A stretch of DNA of 10,637 nt from an uncultured Solibacteraceae bacterium (lineage in GTDB: Bacteria; Acidobacteriota; Terriglobia; Bryobacterales; Bryobacteraceae): positions 1-10,637 of the forward strand of contig CAYYNC010000107.1 of the NCBI GenBank assembly GCA_964472745.1, given 5' to 3'. Of this stretch, positions 7,762 through 10,637 are shown in pieces. Numbering within the stretch: the first letter of the stretch is position 1; each line of letters opens with the position of its first letter. The position numbers were made by a program, and so were the translations under genes. Under the pieces are notes generated by a model, which was not told where the DNA came from, did not search any database, and saw only the letters and a program-made list of their open reading frames with translations.

Positions 7762-8448
7762 TTGGGGTCCCCCTCACCTTCTCTCGCCCCGCGCCTCAAA
7801 GCGACATTCCGTTTTTGCGCTCAGCCCGGCGATGACGTCAACAATCCCGTCCTCGATGAGTTGGTCGCCCGGCTCGTCAAGCTCAGTCGTCCGGCTGGCC
7901 AAGCGCCTTACATCTCGCTCTGGCGCCCTGAGCGCTGGACAGAAGAGATGATGCGCGACGCCGGCGGCTGCGGGGCCGCCATCGGGCGGCAGGCCGCATC
8001 CGGCAACCCCATCGTAATCGGCGGCCGCGCTCCCGTTTGGGCCTACCTGTCCGCCCTCCGCTGTGCGCTCCGCAAAGACCGCGCCGCGCGCGTGTTCTTC
8101 TTCGACCCGCGCCAGCCGCAGGTGCTCGTCGAGATTCCCTGCTCGCCGCAGCCGGGAGAATTCCCTCCCAATGTACTGGCTCTGTGTTGGGACAGGCTGC
8201 CGGACGGCATGCATCGCCTCACCTTCAACCACACCGCCACCGGCAAGTACCTGCCCCCCGCCGTGGCCCAGAAGCTCGCCGCCGCGCCGTGGGCGCTCCC
8301 GGTTCAAGTCCCCCAGGCTGTCGGCCTCAGCGGTCCCTCGCCTTTGTGGCTGTTCGGCGTTTACGCCCGCTGGCTACACAACGCCGGGGTGAAGCGGATC
8401 TCCTCATGGGACATGACAATGAAGAAGTTCGTGCCCGTCTGGACCTGA
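7762..8448 (+). CDS. Tandem double Csx3-like protein (two Csx3/Crn3-like repeats in one chain); start uncertain (TTG at 7762)
   Basis: Repeat 1 is GNPIVIGGRAPVWAYLSALRCALRKDRAARVFFFDPRQPQVLVEI. Repeat 2 is GLSGPSPLWLFGVYARWLHNAGVKRISSWDMTMKKFVPVW. Both match the Csx3 core remembered from AfCsx3 (vISGRGPIWLhcfLAHky.ht.fVAVYDPRLGavVV) and the downstream standalone csx3. This rests on recalled family knowledge, not a database search. Confidence 0.5.
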   Translation: MGSPSPSLAPRLKATFRFCAQPGDDVNNPVLDELVARLVKLSRPAGQAPYISLWRPERWTEEMMRDAGGCGAAIGRQAASGNPIVIGGRAPVWAYLSALRCALRKDRAARVFFFDPRQPQVLVEIPCSPQPGEFPPNVLALCWDRLPDGMHRLTFNHTATGKYLPPAVAQKLAAAPWALPVQVPQAVGLSGPSPLWLFGVYARWLHNAGVKRISSWDMTMKKFVPVWT

Positions 8449-8480
8449 AAAGGGTCCAGCCGCTGTCATATCCAAAGGCC

Positions 8481-8792
8481 ATGCTCCAGCACTTCCACGT
8501 CACCATCCTCGATCAAGCCGGCGGGGTGATCACCCTCCAGATCGGCTTCGGCGATCCGGCCGCCAACACCCTCCTCGTCCCCGCAGCCGTCGCCGCCCTC
8601 GGCGCCCTGAACCTCAAAGGCGGCCGCGGCATCCGCTTCACCGGCCCGGCGAGTCTCCCGGTCGCCATGGCGCTCGCCCACGCCGTCGCCCACCTGTACG
8701 GCTATGTCGCCTGTTACGATCCCAAGCTCGAAGGCTTCGTCGTCGCCATCTCCCACGATCCTGCGGTCCGCCCCGGCCAGTTGCTCAGATAG
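8481..8792 (+). CDS. csx3: Csx3/Crn3-like CRISPR ancillary protein (candidate cA4 ring nuclease), ~103 aa
   Basis: MLQHFHVTILDQAGGVITLQIGFGDP...NLKGGRGIRFTGPASLPVAMALAHAVAHLYGYVACYDPKLEGFVVAISHD aligns along the full length of a ~100-aa Csx3, with the conserved His and the YDP.LG Asp. The ATG at 8481 is preceded by AAAGG. An alternative ATG at 8406 would overlap the upstream gene. Stop is TAG at 8790-8792. Confidence 0.5.
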   Translation: MLQHFHVTILDQAGGVITLQIGFGDPAANTLLVPAAVAALGALNLKGGRGIRFTGPASLPVAMALAHAVAHLYGYVACYDPKLEGFVVAISHDPAVRPGQLLR

Positions 8793-8798
8793 GCCGCC

Positions 8799-9815
8799 TC
8801 AATCCAGCACCAGCACCCGGACCTTCCCCAGCCCGAAGGTCGCCTTCTGCCCGAAATGCAGCACCTCGGCCGCCCGCGCGAACGGCATCCCCGGGTCGAG
8901 CTCCCCTGCCAGATCGATATAACCCACCACGCCGTCGAATTCCAGCCGTTTCTCCTGCCGGAATGTGTACCTCGGCAGGCGGTAGCGGAAAAGCCGGCGC
9001 CCTGCCAGTTCGTAGTTCAGCTTCGGAGCCTCCACCCAGGGCAGCCTTGGCCGGCCGGTGAGGCAGTTGTAGACTTGCACCGCCCGCGCCAGGCAGTGTT
9101 CAAAAAAGCAGGCCGCCAGATCGCTTGGGTTGAAGGTGATCCCCTGGCCCAGGTTGACCAGCGCCGGTGTCAGGAATGCGATCCGGACCACCCTGGCCCG
9201 CTCCTGTTCGCACGGCAGCCTGGCCAGCCCGGGCTGTTGCGCCGGAATCCGCGGCAGCCGGCTGTCGTATAACGCCCGCCCCGCAGCGTCGCGCGCGCCG
9301 CGCAGCCGGAAGCGCACTCCCCCCAGTTGCAGGCCGTAGCGTGCGATCGCAGCGACGATGCCGGCCAGTGTGATCGACAGCGGGCCGACCAAGCGGAGTC
9401 CCGGCCGCAGCAGCGCCCCTCTCTGCACCCTGAGAAGGTGATCGTTTTCCAGTGTCGGCGTGCGCTCCCCGCGCAGCGAAGGACCGCTGCGATAGGGCGG
9501 GTGCACGGGTCCCCCCATGGCGATCTCCTCCAGCGCCTCCGTCAGCGGCGCCTCCACGATCAAGGGCTTCGGCGCATTGGCCCCGCTCGAGGTTCGCGAC
9601 CGCTCGAAGATCGCAAAGTACTTGCAGGTGTCCGGCCGCTGGCAGGTGTCCCCGCACTGCGCCGCCTCGCACAGCGCCGGCCGCATCAGGCGCCCCACAG
9701 CCCCCCTGAGACTCGAGCCCAGATACGGCGGCAGGTCCCCGGCCTCCGCCGCTTCCAGCTCGATCCATGCTTCCCGGTAGGTGATCTCTTCCAAAAACTG
9801 CGTCATCTGCGCCAT
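8799..9815 (-). CDS. cas6: Cas6-family CRISPR endoribonuclease with an inserted four-Cys (zinc-finger-like) cluster
   Basis: The N-terminus ...DLPPYLGSSLRGAVGRLM matches the Cas6 LP.nYgs.LhGallsll motif. The C-terminal glycine-rich loop HFGQKATFGLGKVRVLVLD matches GhGxxxxxGhG. Inserted between is CEAAQCGDTCQRPDTCKYF. It lies adjacent to cas2. Stop is TGA (complement of 8799-8801). Confidence 0.6.
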   Translation of the reverse strand: MAQMTQFLEEITYREAWIELEAAEAGDLPPYLGSSLRGAVGRLMRPALCEAAQCGDTCQRPDTCKYFAIFERSRTSSGANAPKPLIVEAPLTEALEEIAMGGPVHPPYRSGPSLRGERTPTLENDHLLRVQRGALLRPGLRLVGPLSITLAGIVAAIARYGLQLGGVRFRLRGARDAAGRALYDSRLPRIPAQQPGLARLPCEQERARVVRIAFLTPALVNLGQGITFNPSDLAACFFEHCLARAVQVYNCLTGRPRLPWVEAPKLNYELAGRRLFRYRLPRYTFRQEKRLEFDGVVGYIDLAGELDPGMPFARAAEVLHFGQKATFGLGKVRVLVLD

Positions 9816-9828
9816 GATATCCCTTGCG

Positions 9829-10092
9829 ATGCATTTTGTAATCGCCTACGACATCGAAAGCGACCGCCGCCGCAACAAGGTGATGTCCACGTTGAAGGAC
9901 TTCGGCCTTCGTGTGCAGTTCAGCGTCTTCGAGTGTGAGCTCGACGCTGCCCGCCTGTGGAAGCTCCGCGCGCGCCTGGAGCGCCTTATCGACCGCCGTT
10001 GCGACCGGCTCCATATCTACCCTCTTTGCGATGCCTGCTATTTCCGGGCCGAGAATCTCGGTCACGAGTCCGGCGATCTGGAGGGCGTGTGA
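9829..10092 (+). CDS. cas2: CRISPR-associated endoribonuclease Cas2
   Basis: MHFVIAYDIESDRRRNKVMSTLKDFGLRVQFSVFECELDAARLWKLRARLERLIDRRCDRLHIYPLC matches the Cas2 signature (YD.....RR.kv.k.l..yG.RvQ.SVFEC.l......l...l...i....D.vriY.l). ATG at 9829 (alternative 9814). Stop is TGA at 10090-10092. Confidence 0.8.
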   Translation: MHFVIAYDIESDRRRNKVMSTLKDFGLRVQFSVFECELDAARLWKLRARLERLIDRRCDRLHIYPLCDACYFRAENLGHESGDLEGV

Positions 10093-10148
10093 ATCCTGCC
10101 CGGTTCTCGTCCTGCTCCCAGACCCTCGGCCGGCCGTTTCGGTCCTTT

Positions 10149-10528
10149 CCGGTTTGCGAAACTTGGGGCCTTGCGCTCATTCGGCGCAACTCAAACATTT
10201 TCCAGCCCCTTACGCGGCCGATGGCAGGATCGTCCCAAAGCCTCGTTTTTACGCAAACCGCCCTCCATGGCCGTTCTTTCCGAGGTTTGCGAAGATGGGC
10301 GCGATTCGCGCTGCAACCGGGCCAATGGAATCAAGGGTTTGGGACCTGGCCGGAGGCCCGGATTTCGCAAACCTCCCCATGACGAAGAATCGCGATCCGG
10401 TTTGCGAAGCGCTATCTGATGGACAAGTGGTTGATTTCGTGGAACTTGACTATGCTAACCCTCGTTCAACCGGCGGTTTCGACGCGGCTGAACCGGCCGG
10501 TTTGCGAAACTCGTGGCCCTTGGCGCAA
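10149..10528. repeat. Dispersed CCGGTTTGCGAAAC-type repeats in both orientations in the noncoding region downstream of cas2 (candidate leader or regulatory boxes); not a regular CRISPR array
   Basis: Forward copies are at 10149 (ccggtttgcgaaac), 10284 (gaggtttgcgaaga), 10397 (ccggtttgcgaagc), 10497 (ccggtttgcgaaac) and a partial at 10474 (cggtttcgacgcg). Reverse-complement copies are at 10359 (ggatttcgcaaacc) and 10245 (gtttttacgcaaaccg). The copies at 10149-10178 and 10497-10528 share about 30 nt (CCGGTTTGCGAAACTtGgGGCCcTTGgCGC). Spacings are irregular (135, 75, 38, 77, 23). Confidence 0.55.
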
Positions 10529-10637
10529 GCCGGGGGCGATCAACAACTTAGCAATTCCGGCACAGGGCGCTTGCGGAGCTAAGCCATTGATGGCACAATT
10601 GAATCACCCGGCCGGGTCGCAAAGGTGCGATTGATAC

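Noticed and set aside
6681-7799. 372-aa minus-strand ORF, Pro/Ala/Arg/Gly-rich, antisense to the IS3 transposase
   Set aside because: Low-complexity composition typical of antisense shadow ORFs in high-GC DNA. It overlaps a recognisable transposase on the other strand and has no recognisable motifs.
9100-10065. 321-aa minus-strand ORF overlapping cas6 and antisense to cas2
   Set aside because: Different frame from the recognisable Cas6. Gly/Ala/Arg-rich low-complexity product. It runs antisense through cas2. Read as a spurious high-GC ORF.
9911-10582. 223-aa plus-strand ORF running from inside cas2 through the repeat-box region
   Set aside because: It overlaps cas2 out of frame. The repeated 14-mer falls in different codon phases at different copies, so the repeat is not conserved at the protein level. 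Ser/Ala/Pro-rich junk.
10100-10637. Possible CRISPR array downstream of cas2
   Set aside because: No set of direct repeats with regular ~60-75 bp periodicity. Box copies occur in both orientations with spacings of 23-135 bp. Only two ~30-nt near-identical copies exist, 348 nt apart. Any array lies outside the window.

Overview
This is a high-GC window, possibly Acidobacteriota or Planctomycetota-like judging by an ECF-sigma / Ser/Thr-kinase pair. It reads as an accessory region mixing decayed and intact genes. (i) At 127-1905 on the minus strand there is an ECF sigma factor (TIGR02999/ECF43-like) followed by a Ser/Thr kinase. Both carry frameshifts, and the kinase has degenerate catalytic motifs. 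A small signal-peptide ORF with a strong RBS sits just downstream. (ii) At 2111-3946 on the plus strand there is an intact, visibly lower-GC gene for a 611-aa membrane protein. It has a long coiled-coil-rich N-terminal domain, one transmembrane helix and a C-terminal SPFH/band-7 domain. (iii) At 4323-4937 on the minus strand there is an intact NAD(P)H-dependent FMN reductase. (iv) At 5118-6326 there are two convergent, apparently inactivated type II toxin-antitoxin pairs. One is a TIGR02574-like antitoxin plus a RelE/ParE-like toxin that lacks its own start codon. The other is VapB plus VapC with an in-frame TAA at codon 24. (v) At about 6355-7640 there is an IS3-family relic with several inactivating lesions. 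(vi) At 7762-10092 there is a CRISPR-Cas ancillary cluster. It contains a protein with two tandem Csx3-like repeats (a possible single-chain pseudodimer), a standalone Csx3/Crn3-like gene, a Cas6 with an inserted four-Cys cluster, and a divergent cas2 with no cas1 nearby. (vii) At 10100-10637 there is a noncoding region after cas2 with a dispersed, two-orientation motif CCGGTTTGCGAAAC, including two ~30-nt near-copies. No regular CRISPR array is present in the window. The window also has many frameshifts, one of them inside a G6 homopolymer, and paired compensating frameshifts in two genes. This means some pseudogene calls could instead be indel sequencing errors.
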